A program made the position numbers and the translations under genes. A model generated the notes under the pieces. The model searched no databases. It was not told the origin of the DNA and worked only from the letters and a program-made list of their open reading frames with translations. Shown piece after piece: positions 13,714-29,315 of a stretch of DNA of 64,000 bases. Position 1 is the stretch's first letter; each line of letters starts with the position of its first letter. Origin of the DNA: the human T2T-CHM13v2.0 reference genome, Homo sapiens; NCBI RefSeq assembly GCF_009914755.1, contig NC_060927.1; one strand, 5' to 3'.

Positions 13714-15264
13714 GAAAGATTAGTAATCGCGTAGAATAAACAGATGTACACTTTGGCAAGCATTGAATCTTATAAAGACAAAAGAAGTTGGTCAAGTTTA
13801 TTCTCATGTTCAAACTTTTCATGCTTTGGTACAAAGCACATTTTGCAAGGCACTTTTTTTAGGCATAATAAATGTGTTTTGATATTGAATCTGTGTTTTG
13901 AATGTTACAGCTGTAATATCCTGGGACCAGGAATTACTTGTTACTCATCATGTAGATATTTTTAAGCAAATACTCAGCAACAACAACAAAATAGTATGGC
14001 AATCATGTATTTTTTTTGTCTCCACAGACATTTTTTTTTCACTTAAAGGACAATTGACATGGCAAAAGCATATCATTCAGAGAATTCTTTACCTGTAAAA
14101 TATAACTTTTTCAATTAAATTTTTAAATATTATATTAAAGTATAACTTTTATGACAGTCTATTAAAGAACAAATTAAATGCTTCTTTTTAACAAATTAAA
14201 TGCCTCTTTTTACAACTTACAATGTAAATTTTTGCATTTATTTTAAAATCCAGTTTTTCTATATGCAGCTATCATAACCTATTTTTGTTTTTCAGATCAT
14301 TTTGCAACTTAAGATTCACAAATATTTTAAGGAACAAAGAAATATCATTTTTGGAGTAACTAACAAAACTGCTGAATAAGAAAGTACTTTTTAAATAAAA
14401 GAGAAATTTTGTAATAAAGTCAGAATCATATAGACATTAAAATAAAGCTGAATACTGTCAAAGCCTGTCACTTTCTCTTGGCATTAAGATAACAATGGAA
14501 ATAAATTAAATAAACAGACAAAGATGGTCCTCAAGGCCATGTCAGCAGCCAATAGTTTGAGGCCCTTATATCTGAAGACAGATTTTCTAGAAAGAGATGT
14601 AATGGAATTAACTTGGCATCCAGATATCTTCCAAGAAACTTTTGCTCTTAAATCTTGCTATAAAATTAAAATCAAATTGCAAGTTGAAATACTAGTTAAA
14701 ATGAAAGAAAATCCCAAAGGACTGGAATTGGCTCAACCTATGTTATTGTGAGGTTTTGCAATGCCATTTTTTACAAATATGAGAAAATAATTTTTCAGGG
14801 CTGGTAGAAGATAGAACATTTTGTTTTACATTATTTATCTGCTGTTGAAAAGAAGACTTATTCCAAAAGATTACAAAAACTATTATAAAGCAAGGGTAGT
14901 GCCAATATGAATTATTGCTCCAGGCATTTAAAGCTATATTTGGGGAAGGAAATCTTTACTTATTTTATCCTGTTAAGAAAAAAGATTCAATATAATCTGA
15001 AGTGCCATTTGATGTGGAGTCCTCTTGCAAATGTGTGCTGTCAGGCTGCTTTTTGTAATTACTACCTACCTTCTTGTCTTTATCACAAGCAGATTTTACC
15101 ATTTTTCTTTTCATTTTTTTCTTTTGCATGTGCTGTTTAATCACATGCTGATTAGCATTTTAATAGTTCAAAGTCAGGCTCATGCTTCCAGTTCAAGATA
15201 GTTGACTAGTATGGGCATTTATCTCTCTTCCATACCAAAATTTGATTAAAATAAAATTTTAAAT

Positions 15265-15490
15265 AATAATAGCAACTAAAACAACGATAGCTAATTTCTG
15301 TTGAGTACCAACTATGCCAGGCACTCTTCTGCGTGTATAGCATTGAATTCTCAGGATCTCCCATTTTACAGATATAAAAGTAGAGGCATAAAATAGTTAA
15401 GGAACTTGTGTGGAGTGGTAAAACAGTAATTGGAGGAGCCAGAGCTTGAATCCGGGCTTATGAAGTGAGCCCCTATGCTGCACTGCCAGT
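15265..15490 (-). mobile_element. MIR
   Basis: ctatgccaggcact...cccattttacagat...gaggcat...gttaaggaacttg core. Confidence 0.75.
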
Positions 15491-15744
15491 TAAGATATGA
15501 AAAAAGAGAAGAAATCATTACATGTAATGAAAGTAAGAGTGGCCCCTTCAGTTGATGAAAATTTTGGAGAATTTCTGGGAGACAGCAAACAGATTGGAGA
15601 AAATACAATCATATCAGGAGGAGAGAGCTATGGAATATTTAATCTAAGAAATATCTACAATACACTTAGACTAACTAGCCATCATCATGCCCCCAAAAAT
15701 ACAATGCAGCTGCAGAATTTTTCCTAACCCTAAAGCAGCCTACT

Positions 15745-16193
15745 ATATTAGCCAGGGTCCAACCAGGAAATGGAAATGAAGTATTTACCACAGGCAGAAT
15801 TTAATACACAGAACCAATTACCCAGGGGCTGGTGCTGCTGAGAAGCCACACTGGGGATAGAAGGCAGAAACAGGAAGCAGGATGGAGTTGGTATCCCTGA
15901 AGACAAGGGGTCGGGTCACTCAGCAGCAATTTAAAGGCAACCTGTCCAGGGAAAATTGATGCTATTTCTGGAGATACCATCCAAGATAAACAGGTAAAGA
16001 GGGAGGAGGAAAAGGTGTTTTCATCATCCTTTCCCATATCTCAATCTGCTGCCTCTGTGTCCCATTGGCCAAATCCAGCCAGAACCATCTTGGGTGAAAC
16101 CCAGGAAATGTAGCCTGCTGCAGTCAGTCTTCCTATGATACAGAGCAGAGCAAGGGCAAGGAATGATTCTGAGCACACAGGCTCCAGACCAGC
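15745..16193 (-). mobile_element. ERVL-class solo LTR (LTR33-like)
   Basis: tattagccagggtccaaccagg...cccattggccaaatccagccagaa...ggaaatgtagcctgc...ccagca. Confidence 0.55.
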
Positions 16194-16624
16194 AAGGATG
16201 TTGCTAAATAAAGTAAAAAGGCCTTCCTGGCAAGCAATCCCAGCATGGGTGTTAGGGCCAGAGATAAACAGAACAGAGCCTGACATAACCCTGGATTCCT
16301 AACATCATCAGTCATGGGGGACTAAGCTCACCTGTACTCAAAAAGGAAGACCTTAGCCTCCTTCATTCCAAGAAGACAACTTCAGTGTAAACTGGCCCAC
16401 ATAACTGCAGAGGAACCCCAATATTAGTTGTCCAGAATTATCAAACTAGTTATTCCTTCACAAATATGAAGAGACAACTGAGAGTCAGAAAATATCTGAC
16501 TTTCTGAGCCTTACAGCTGACCTTAAGACTGGGAAAAATGAGCAGTTTAGAAGAGAAGGATCGTGATAAATAAACAGAACCCCTAACCCTAGAGGAAACA
16601 ATGATACTGCAGAAGGAAAATTTT

Positions 16625-16912
16625 ATTAATGTACATATTATAGAACTCACCCTTTTAAAGTGTATAGTTCAGTAGTTTTCAGTGTATTCACAGATGTTCT
16701 CAATCATCACAACCTAATCTCAGAACATTTTCCTTATTCCAAAAAGAAATACTGTACCCATTAGCAGTCACCCCCCATTCCACCACTACTTCCAGCCCAT
16801 GACAACCACTAATCTACTTTGTCTCTGTGGATTTTCCTATTCTGGACATTTCATATGAATGGAAACACACAGATGTACATTTTGTGACTGGCTTCTTTCT
16901 CTTAGCATAAAG
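16625..16912 (-). mobile_element. L1MB 3'UTR fragment
   Basis: cacccttttaaagtgtatagttcagtagttttcagtgtattcacag...caaccactaatctactttgtctctgtggatt. Confidence 0.85.
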
Positions 16913-19790
<2,878 letters not shown>

Positions 19791-20766
19791 GTGGGAAATT
19801 ACAGATATGGATTTAGAGATACTTATAGGTATACATATGGACATAGATATAGACAAATTAGATGTAGACATAGATATAAATATAGATAGCATAAAAACAG
19901 AGGAAGGATATGCCTTATTAGAGAAATCTTTTCTCTCAGTTAGGACTGGTAACCTGTTTATGCTTACTTTTCACTGCACTGAGCAAACTCCCACCTCACC
20001 TATATGAACTTGTAGAACAGTCTGTGGTGTTCTCTTGAGGAATTCTTGCTTTCTCTAAGCATATTTCTTGTTGCTCGCACATTTCATTAATAATTTGATT
20101 AAAAATTGGGTGCCTTAGTTGAAAGTAAGCATGGAGCTGGCTTGTGCCTCTAAGGAGATTTGACCTAGCCATTGCTGAATAGCAATCTACATCACATTAT
20201 GGCAAGCTTAACCAGTGTTTTTGGTAATATAGACGGTAATAACTTCTTTTTGGTAATATAGATGTCAAGGAAACAGAGGGAAACCTGGTTCCCCAAACTC
20301 AGGCTGATGTACTTAGACTGACTGACCTTTTAAAGTCTGTTGTACATCATAGTTTTGGAGGATCTAGGTCCCAGCGAAAAAGGTGCTGGGAGTTCCTGGA
20401 TCCCTTATGCCCCTGTGTGTAATTGCAGGTAATTTCTACCAACTCAAGTAATTTCTCTTATACTCCAAGAAACTCACTAGTATATACTTTAAAGTGCTTT
20501 ATAATATATGAAATACATAGTTATTATATAAAATATAGAAAGTAGAAAGCAGAAATCAAAAATTAACCATAATTTAATCACTTAGAAAAAAATTAGTTAT
20601 TTTATTGTGTCTGTCCTGTGTTTTTCTTAGAAATGTAAGACAACACTTCTTTTCACTTAATGCTAAAATTTATATCCTTCCATGCCAAGAAACATGCCTT
20701 TACAACATCAGCTTTTACTACTGCATAGTTCTCTATTATATGGATATATCAAAAGTAATATAATAC

Positions 20767-21892
20767 AAAGGCAACCTGTAGAATGGGAAAAATATTTGCA
20801 AACCATATCTGATAAGGTATTGACATCCAAACTATATAAGAAACTCATATAACTCAATAACAACAACAACAACAAAAAGGAAACCCACATATAACCCAAT
20901 TAAAACTGGGCAAAGGACCTACTTACAAATGGCCAACAGAATATTTTTAAAATGTTCAACACTATTAATCTGGGAAATTTAAATCAAACCACAATGAAAT
21001 TTCACCTCATACCTATTAGGGTAGCTATTATCAAAAAGTCAAAAGATAATTTTCAGCAAGGATGTGGAGAAAAGGGAAACTTTATACATCGTTGGTTGGC
21101 ACGTAAATTGGTACAGTCATTATGGAAAACAGTATGGAAGAGTCTCAAAAAATTAAAATAGAGCTACCATATGATCCAGCAATCCCCAATTCAGTATATA
21201 TCCAAAAGAAATAAAATTACTGTTTCAAAGAGATATCTGCACTTCCATGTTAATTGCAGCATTATTCACATTAGCCAAGAAAAAGAAACAATGTAAGTGT
21301 ACATCAATAGATGAATGGATAAAGAAAATGCTAATCTTATACATCTATAGGTATATATACAGCTTTATAATAATGGAATATTATTCAGCCTTTAAAAAGA
21401 AGAAAATCCTGCCATCTGTGACAATATAGATGAATCTGGAGGATATTATCATAAATGAAATAACCCAGATACACAAAGACAAATATTGCATCATCTCACT
21501 TATATGTGGAATCTAAAAAATTTCAAACTTACAAAAACAGAGAGTATAAGGATGATTACCAAGGGTCAGGGTAGTGGGAGAAATGAGGAGATGTTGTTGA
21601 AAAGATACAAACGTCCAATTTCAAGAAGAATAAGTTCTGGAGACCTAAAGTACAGCATGGTGACTATAGTAAATAATAATGTATTGGATACTTGAAATTT
21701 ACTAAGCCAGTAGACGTTAAGTATTCTCACTACACACACACAAATGGTAATTATGTGAGATGATAGATATGTTAATTAGCTTGATTGTCATAATCATTTC
21801 ACAATATATGTATAAATCAAAACATCTCACTGGACATCTTAAATATATACTTTTTTACTTGTCAATTATACCTTAATAAAGCAGAGGGAAAT
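20767..21892 (+). mobile_element. L1MA8/9-like 3' end
   Basis: ORF2 tail ([11 protein letters not shown]) and 3'UTR tacagcatggtgactatagtaaataataatgtattg...cttaataaagc. Confidence 0.88.
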
Positions 21893-23469
21893 TAATATAA
21901 ACAAGGTTCTATGGTTAGGTATTTTTGATATTTCCAATAGAAGTAAAGCATTTTGTAAAAGCACTATCTTAAAAATTGACTACTAAGACTCTAAGTATCT
22001 TTATGATTGTACCATGAAGCCATTTTCAAGAAGAAAAACTTTCTTTATCTATATTCTAAAGTAACAGTTAAATGTTTTTAAATTATATTTTTTGTTTTCT
22101 TTTGACAGTCAAAATAGTGCTTGTTCATAGTTAAAAAATTAGAAAATGTAAATAAAATTGAAAAAAATTAAAAACACCCTAATCACACCAAAAAAACAAA
22201 TTGATTGCTTTAATGTATTAAGTGTCTAATTATATCTGAAGAACCAAATGTCACTCACATTTTTTTTGTTTTTCATGTTGTCCTATTTCTTGTATTTTTT
22301 TATTTTACGAAATTATATCCTCAAACAATAATTTTAGGAAGGCAGTGTGGTAGGCAAATTTTCTGAGTCCTTGTTTTCCAAAATTGTTCTTATTTTGCCT
22401 TTACACTTAATACTTTGGGTGCAAAAGGCTAGATTTATAATAATTTTTCTTAAAACAGATGACAGCTAATCTGTATTTGGATTAAAAAGAAGTTGACTAA
22501 GAAAAGCAAGAATAAAAAAAGTTCTAAAAGTAAAACTAGTGAGTGGTTAATTGCAAAGAGCATTTGGGGACCAAGAAGTTTCAACATAAAAAAAAAAGTC
22601 CTATAAGATAGTAGCAGAAGATAAGGTCAAAAGGTAGGTAGGATGAGAAAATCTTGAAAGACAGTTGAAGGTTTTTGCCAGTTTTATTGAAAACTATTGG
22701 GAGGCATGAAAGATGTAAAGCAAGAACTTTCAGATCCTAACAACACCATGTCTGCCATACACAGTAAGAACTCCATATTTGTTGAATGAATGAAGTTTGG
22801 CATTAACCAAGTCATGAGGTTGAAAGAATCTGCATTAGAGTGAGAAAGTGGTAATGAAAATGAGATAGTCATCAATCGTGTGCATTTTAGACATGATGTA
22901 CTGAAAGGCAACAGACACTACTTGCCCCCAAATCTGATTTTCCTGCAGCAGTGATGAACTTTTGTTAGTTTGCTCCTTCTATCACCCAATTTCCCCTCTG
23001 GAACAGTGTCAGAGAATTGTAAAATGGCTTGTTTGTAGCAGAGAATGTCCTAATATTGCCTTATGATCAGAATGTCCTAACATTGCCTTATAAGCAGCAT
23101 ATCCTAAGTAGAAATGTCTTTCCCAGAAGTGAACATTTTATCAAGATGCTAAAAGGCATATAAAAAAGTCTTTTGGTTGAATTAGAAATCAAGATTTCTA
23201 ATCTTTTCTCTACTTCTGCTTCAGTCCCCCTGCATGGCCTTAAGGAAGTCCACTAATTAGTATGTGTCCTAAAGTTATGTACTCTGAATGTACTGCCCAG
23301 CCTATGACAGGTTCTCAATAAATATTTATGGGACAATTAAATTTATAAAAGCAGATTCGTTTCAGAGAAGTGGTTCAATCAAACAATTTAGCCCTTAAAT
23401 TTTTTATAACACATTTGACTTCCTAAAGGGCTTTCATGTGTATTTTCTAATGGGATGCAATGGCATCAT

Positions 23470-23908
23470 ATTAGATGTTTCAACTGTCATTAAGTGAAAA
23501 CCTAATTCAAACTGGCTAAATAATAATAAAACTCAAAGTCTCTCAAAACATGAAGACTTTTCTATCTCGACTATTGTGTCAACTTACTAATGTCATCAGG
23601 GATCCTGGTCCTTCACTCTGTTTTCCACAGCGTTAACATCATAACAGCTGCTTTCCTTGGAGGACAGCTGCCCATTAGCCTGGGGTTGAATCCTTCCTTT
23701 TATGCCTCCAGTTGAATAATCCCTCTCTTAAAAGGTCTCCCAGATAATGAAGGAAAAATTGTCCCAGAAATCCCTCATATCTGCAAATGGTAGCACATGT
23801 CTATTCCTTTATTGATCACTGGCCCAGGGGTGTGATTGCTCTGATTTGTATTAAATACTCAGAGCTCAACTCAGGATGTGTGTGTGTGTGTGTGTGCACG
23901 TGTGTGGT

Positions 23909-23980
<72 letters not shown>

Positions 23981-24060
23981 GGAGGGAGATACCAAAACAA
24001 AATTAGACTATTTTAGGATACAGGAAGGATGCCAGGGAGAAATTCAACAACGTTTACTGC
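23470..24060 (-). mobile_element. Old MaLR LTR (MLT1K/L-like)
   Basis: aaaacctaattcaaactggctaaa, gtcatcagggatcctggtcc, gatcactggcccaggggtgtgattgctctgatt. Confidence 0.5.
23877..23976. repeat. Compound (TG)n(AG)n microsatellite
   Basis: Visible directly. Confidence 0.95.
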
Positions 24061-25794
24061 AGCCTTTTTTTTTTTTTTTTTTTTTTTCACTAGCATGAGG
24101 ACTTTGAGGCTGGGCTGGCTATGCTAGAATAATAGTATCATAGACTCTTAGAACTTTAGAATTAGAAGGACCTAGAGAAATGGTTTAGTTTGTTGCTCTT
24201 TTTTACAAAAGAGGAAACTAAGTTCTCTAAAGGTTAAATATCTTACCCTTAGTGACACAGATAGTTAAAACAGAACTAGTAATAACATTCAAATCATTTA
24301 ATTGCCAATTATATGTTCTGTCTGTGACATTCCTCTTCACAAATAAGAATGTAGCATTCTAGAAAAGATAGAAACAGTTGCTGACTTTGTATGTCAATAG
24401 ACCACTAATAAAAAATCTATATTTGATGAAACTAAGTAATTATTAAAGGATAAATTTTGTTGTCATTTATTATCAGTATATGATTAAACTTAATTTTAGG
24501 AAAAATTCCTAGGACTCCCTGTTTACAACAGAGAACTAGGAATCGCCTCTAGAAATGCTGTATCTTGGATCCTATACAGCATCAAGAATGCGATGACTGG
24601 GCAGAATTTATGACTAGAAGAACTTGGGTATGTATAAAGTGAGAAAAGTATTCAGTACTTTGTTTTACAATAACCTCAAAATTTCCATTTGAGATTATTT
24701 ATATTGTTTTCTATTTTCAAGGCCATTCTAAAATTTTCTGTATTTTAAGAGCCACTAAAACCAACGTAAACTAAATATGAGTCATTACATTATGTAAATT
24801 ATGTCAGCAGCTCTGATTTTTAATGTATATTTTTCCTAGTCATAAAATAGCAGAAGTCCAGAAATTATTCCCACGTATAAAATGAAAAGTTTATTGTACA
24901 GCAGAAACTCATTGCTTGCCTTGAATATTTTTTTCAATCTCTGACATAAAGGGACCATATGTTCCTTTCCAGAACTGTGATGTCTCTGTCACCAATGATA
25001 ATCGCTAATGTGTTTCAGCTTTTCATGAAGCAATAACAGGATTCTAAGAAATGATTGTTGAAATATTCCAGAAACAATATGTGAGACAAATGAAATCAGT
25101 CATTTCAAAAAAGAAGGGACTGAGAACACTAACTGTTGCTCTTAAGCCATTAAAACTTATAGTCGATTACATTCACTGTTATCATTCTTAGCTAGTGAAT
25201 TTTTTAATGTACCACCTTGAATTGGGAAATATTTAGAAAATTTTTAAATGATATGAAAGCAGGCATAAAAATTAAGTCATCAATGCAGGAAGGCACCAGT
25301 TTCCATTACTTTGAACTTTACTATCAATAATAACTTACATTCTGAACCAAAAGATATTAACAATCTTCCCAGTATCCTTCCCCCATATGTTTATGATGAT
25401 GAGATATAGAAACATTTTTGTAAATATATGTGAATCTTCTGGTAAAATATTAATAATGAAAGGTTATAGGTCAATCATTTAAGGATGAAAGTTAATCTAC
25501 TTTGTTTTTTAGAAGAGAGAAGAATAAACATCAAATATAAATGTAAAATGTTTCCAGAAAAACAAGCTGGTTTTATAATTATATAATCATAATTTCAACT
25601 GGTATTTCTGCATTACACGATGACCCTAGATATCATTTCCAAAAATTAATGCTTTTCAATTTAGTAATTATTACATGTTGTTATTTCAAATTGTTACAAG
25701 TTTAATGATTATTTTTGTAGTTATTGCATGTTGATGTTTCAAGTCTACAGCATAATTCAAGCCAGGGAAAAATCCATCTGTAACTATCATTCTT

Positions 25795-26032
25795 TTTTTA
25801 ATTATTTTATTTTTTTAAGTTCTGAGATACATGTGCAGGTTGTGTAGGTTTGTTAGATAGGTAAACTTGTGTGTGCCATGGTGGTTTGCTGCACCTATCA
25901 ACCCATCACCTAGGTATTAAGCCCACCACGCATCAGCTGTTTTCTTTCCCTAAATCTCTCCCCTGACCCGCCCTCCTCCAACAGGTCCCAGTGTGTGTTG
26001 TTCCCTTCCCTGTCTCCATGTGTTCTCATTTA
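25795..26032 (-). mobile_element. 5'-truncated L1PA (PA8-13-like) 3' end
   Basis: catggtggtttgctgcacctatcaacccatcacctaggtattaagccc; perfect 14-bp TSD taactatcattctt (25781-25794 / 26033-26046). Confidence 0.92.
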
Positions 26033-26800
26033 TAACTATCATTCTTAATGTATATATGGAATAATATATATTTCCAGCTATTACACACCTTACTTTTGAA
26101 AGTATTTGTGAATTATATTTATTATAATCAGCTCTAACATTTGTTCAACTTTTGCCGGAAAAGTGTTGTATTTGGAAATCCAAATGTATTAAGAAAGTAA
26201 TTTCTCTTAACTACTTTTCTGAAAATTTAGCCATCACTTTATTATGCTCAATTACATACCTAGCAGGTCAAGAGGGTCCCGTTGTACAAGTTAGGAGATT
26301 TAGAACAAAATTAAACCAGCCTTCATTAGTCAAAATTCAAACCTCAAATATGAAGAGGTCAGCATTAGCAACTGAGTACCACAAGGGGCCTTTAGAAAGG
26401 TAATAGGAGTAATACTTTTGAAATATCTCCTGATATATTTTTTTTCCTTCATTATTAAATGGTTTCTTTCCTCTTACACATTCCATCATTATTGACTTAG
26501 GAAAAGGGGAAACAATTACCACAGAATTGGGAAGAAGGAGCATATGATGCAATGGAAACAATGTTCATGAAACTGTTTCATTTTTCTCCTGTGCATACAA
26601 CAAAACTATATTTCCTAGTTCTCACACACTTGAATCTAGATGGAACCTTGTATTTGAGATGTGGCCAGTGAGGGATGGCAATTCCAGTCCTTGCTATTAA
26701 ATACTTATCAACTTCCCTGTTAGATCTTCCACACACCCTCTTTACTCTCCACATTGCTAGATGTGAAAGATGCCAAGGTAGGGAAGACACACGGTGGCAG

Positions 26801-27427
26801 TGAGAGGTGAAGCTGGCTGGGCTTCTGGGTCAGGTGGGGACTTAGAGAACTTTTCTGTCTAGCTAAAGGATTGTAAACACACCAATCAGTGCTCTGTGTC
26901 TAGCTTAAGATTTGTAAACGCACCAAGCAGCACTCTGTAAAAATGCACCAATCAGCGCTCTGTGTCTAGCTAAAGGTTTGTAAACACACCAATCAGCACT
27001 CTGTAAAGACGGACCAATCAGCACTCTGTAAAATGGACCAAGCAGCAGAACGTGGGTGGGGCCATATAAAGGAATAAAAGCTGGCCACCCAAGCCAGCAG
27101 CAGAAACCCACTAGGGTCCCCTTCCATGCTGTGGAAGCTTTGTTCTTTCGTTCTTCACAATAAATCTTGTTGCTGCTCAATCTTTTGGTCCGGACTACCT
27201 TTAAGAGCTATAACACTCACTGCGAACGTCTGCAGTTTCACTCCTGCAGTCAGCAAGACCATGAACCCACTGGAAGGAAGAAACTCCGGACACACCTGAA
27301 CATCTGAAGGAAAAAACTCCGGAGACGCAGCTTTTGAGAACTGTAACACTCACCGCGAGAGTCCACGGCTTCATTCTTGAAGTTAGTGAGACAAAGAACC
27401 CACAGGAAGGAACCAATTGAGGACACA
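26801..27427 (+). mobile_element. ERV9 solo LTR (LTR12/LTR12F-like)
   Basis: tgagaggtgaagc...ggacaca termini; tandem ccaatcagcactctg units; poly(A) signal aataaa at 27159-27164; 4-bp TSD gcag / gaag. Confidence 0.95.
26882..27078 (+). promoter_or_regulatory. LTR12 U3 promoter: CCAAT (NF-Y) boxes, GT box and TATA
   Basis: CCAAT at 26882, 26948, 26989 and 27014; gggtgggg at ~27055; TATAAA at 27065-27070; aataaa at 27073-27078. Activity is not shown by sequence alone. Confidence 0.6.
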
Positions 27428-28790
27428 GAAGCACTTTAGCTCCTCAAGTTAACTCTTAGAGGGGAGACACATAGATCCTAGACTCCTGTACCCCACTAAC
27501 CTCCATTGGACTTTGCATGAGTAAAAAATGAGGTTTTATTTTGTTTAATCTTTGAGGTTCATTAACCTAATACCTATTATAGGAAAGAAGTTCCCCCTTG
27601 GCAGGAAGCCCACAAGCCTTGGAAATAAGGATAAGAGAGAAGGAAGCAGAGAAGAGGGAAGTCAACTGTGAGGGACTAGACCTCACTCTTGGGATTTTAA
27701 AAATAAGCCTTGGCAGGAAGAAAGGAGGTGACAAAACATCCTACTGTGTGCATCCTAAGGTGGGCAAGGGAGTACTTTCTCTTCACCTTAAAGTGTGGCT
27801 GAGGAAAACTGAAAGTCCGTAGTGAATGCTCACTTTTAATGTGATACTGGAACCACAAGGTTCTAGTTGTTCCAGTTTGAGTTAATTTTTTTTCTGTGCT
27901 TAGCAGAAATGGGAGCTAGGGAGAAAAATACAATCAATCATAGGTAAAAAAAAAAAAGATATCTATTCAGAGGGGAAATTATTAGGAATTTAGAGAATTT
28001 GTGAGAAGGCCAAGGCAACTGGGCTTAGGACGGAACCCAGTAATTCCAGAAATCAAAAAGGGCAGGGACCAGCCTGTAGCAGAAGCAGTCAAAGGACAAT
28101 GTCTCTCCTGGAAATTAATGAACACTCACCATTTTCATTTTTGTGTCCTGGGAAGGAGTGCCCGATTAGTTGAGCTTGGTCAGGGGCCCTTCCCTCAATA
28201 AGGGAGGGAAAGGTCCCTGTATTAACTCCAGGTGCTCTTTAATACTGCAAATTGTGGGGAAGAGATGATTCTTAGCAGAGAACTGTAGGGTTTGTTTAAA
28301 AAAAAAAAAGGAAGAAAATAAAGACAATGAATTCTCACCAGCCAAAATAAAACCCCACGAATATCTGCCTTATGCTTTAGAGAGGAAAGAATTATTTTTA
28401 CTTGCCTTAGATTCACCTTCCAAGTGCTTATTTCATACTATAGGACTGACAAAAAGATAATATTGACTCCTTTCCAGGGAACATCTTCCAAATTACGGTC
28501 TTGTTCATGGTCTTGTCCTTTACCTCCCACTCTCCATCAAGACATTAGAGCATTGTAGTCCAACATTATTGTATTTCCTTAAGTCTGGGTTATTGCATAT
28601 TAAATAGAAGCCAAAGTCCAGGAAATGCCTAGTCTTCCTAAAGTGTTTACACAGCTTTCCATACCCTACAGTCAGCTGATCAAAGAACACCAGGCAGAAT
28701 TCTGAAGAAAGCCTTGCTTATACTTTTTTTTCCTCAGTATTTGTTCTATAAGAACCAAAATTCACAAAAACATAGATGGTAAAAGAAAAT

Positions 28791-29315
<525 letters not shown>

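Larger units (their letters stand above)
26600..27575 (+). mobile_element. Old MaLR LTR (MLT1I/J-like) split by LTR12
   Basis: tggccagtgagggatg before the LTR12 and ggactttgcatgagtaaaaaatgaggttttattttgtttaa after it. Confidence 0.5.

Noticed and set aside
13317-13763. 148-aa minus-strand ORF
   Set aside because: Antisense Alu read-through (SPRLECSG...[13 protein letters not shown]), a well-known artefact; the same applies to the ORFs at 2174, 18656, 28908, 31617 and 56873.
9600-16193. Two LTR33-like pieces as the ends of one provirus
   Set aside because: The intervening 11-15.7 kb shows no gag/pro similarity or primer binding site and contains a MIR; the two LTR pieces are not noticeably close to each other.
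26855-27045. Regularly spaced ccaatcagcactctg repeats resembling a CRISPR array
   Set aside because: These are the standard LTR12 U3 tandem repeats; the spacers are not unique, there are no cas genes and the DNA is primate.
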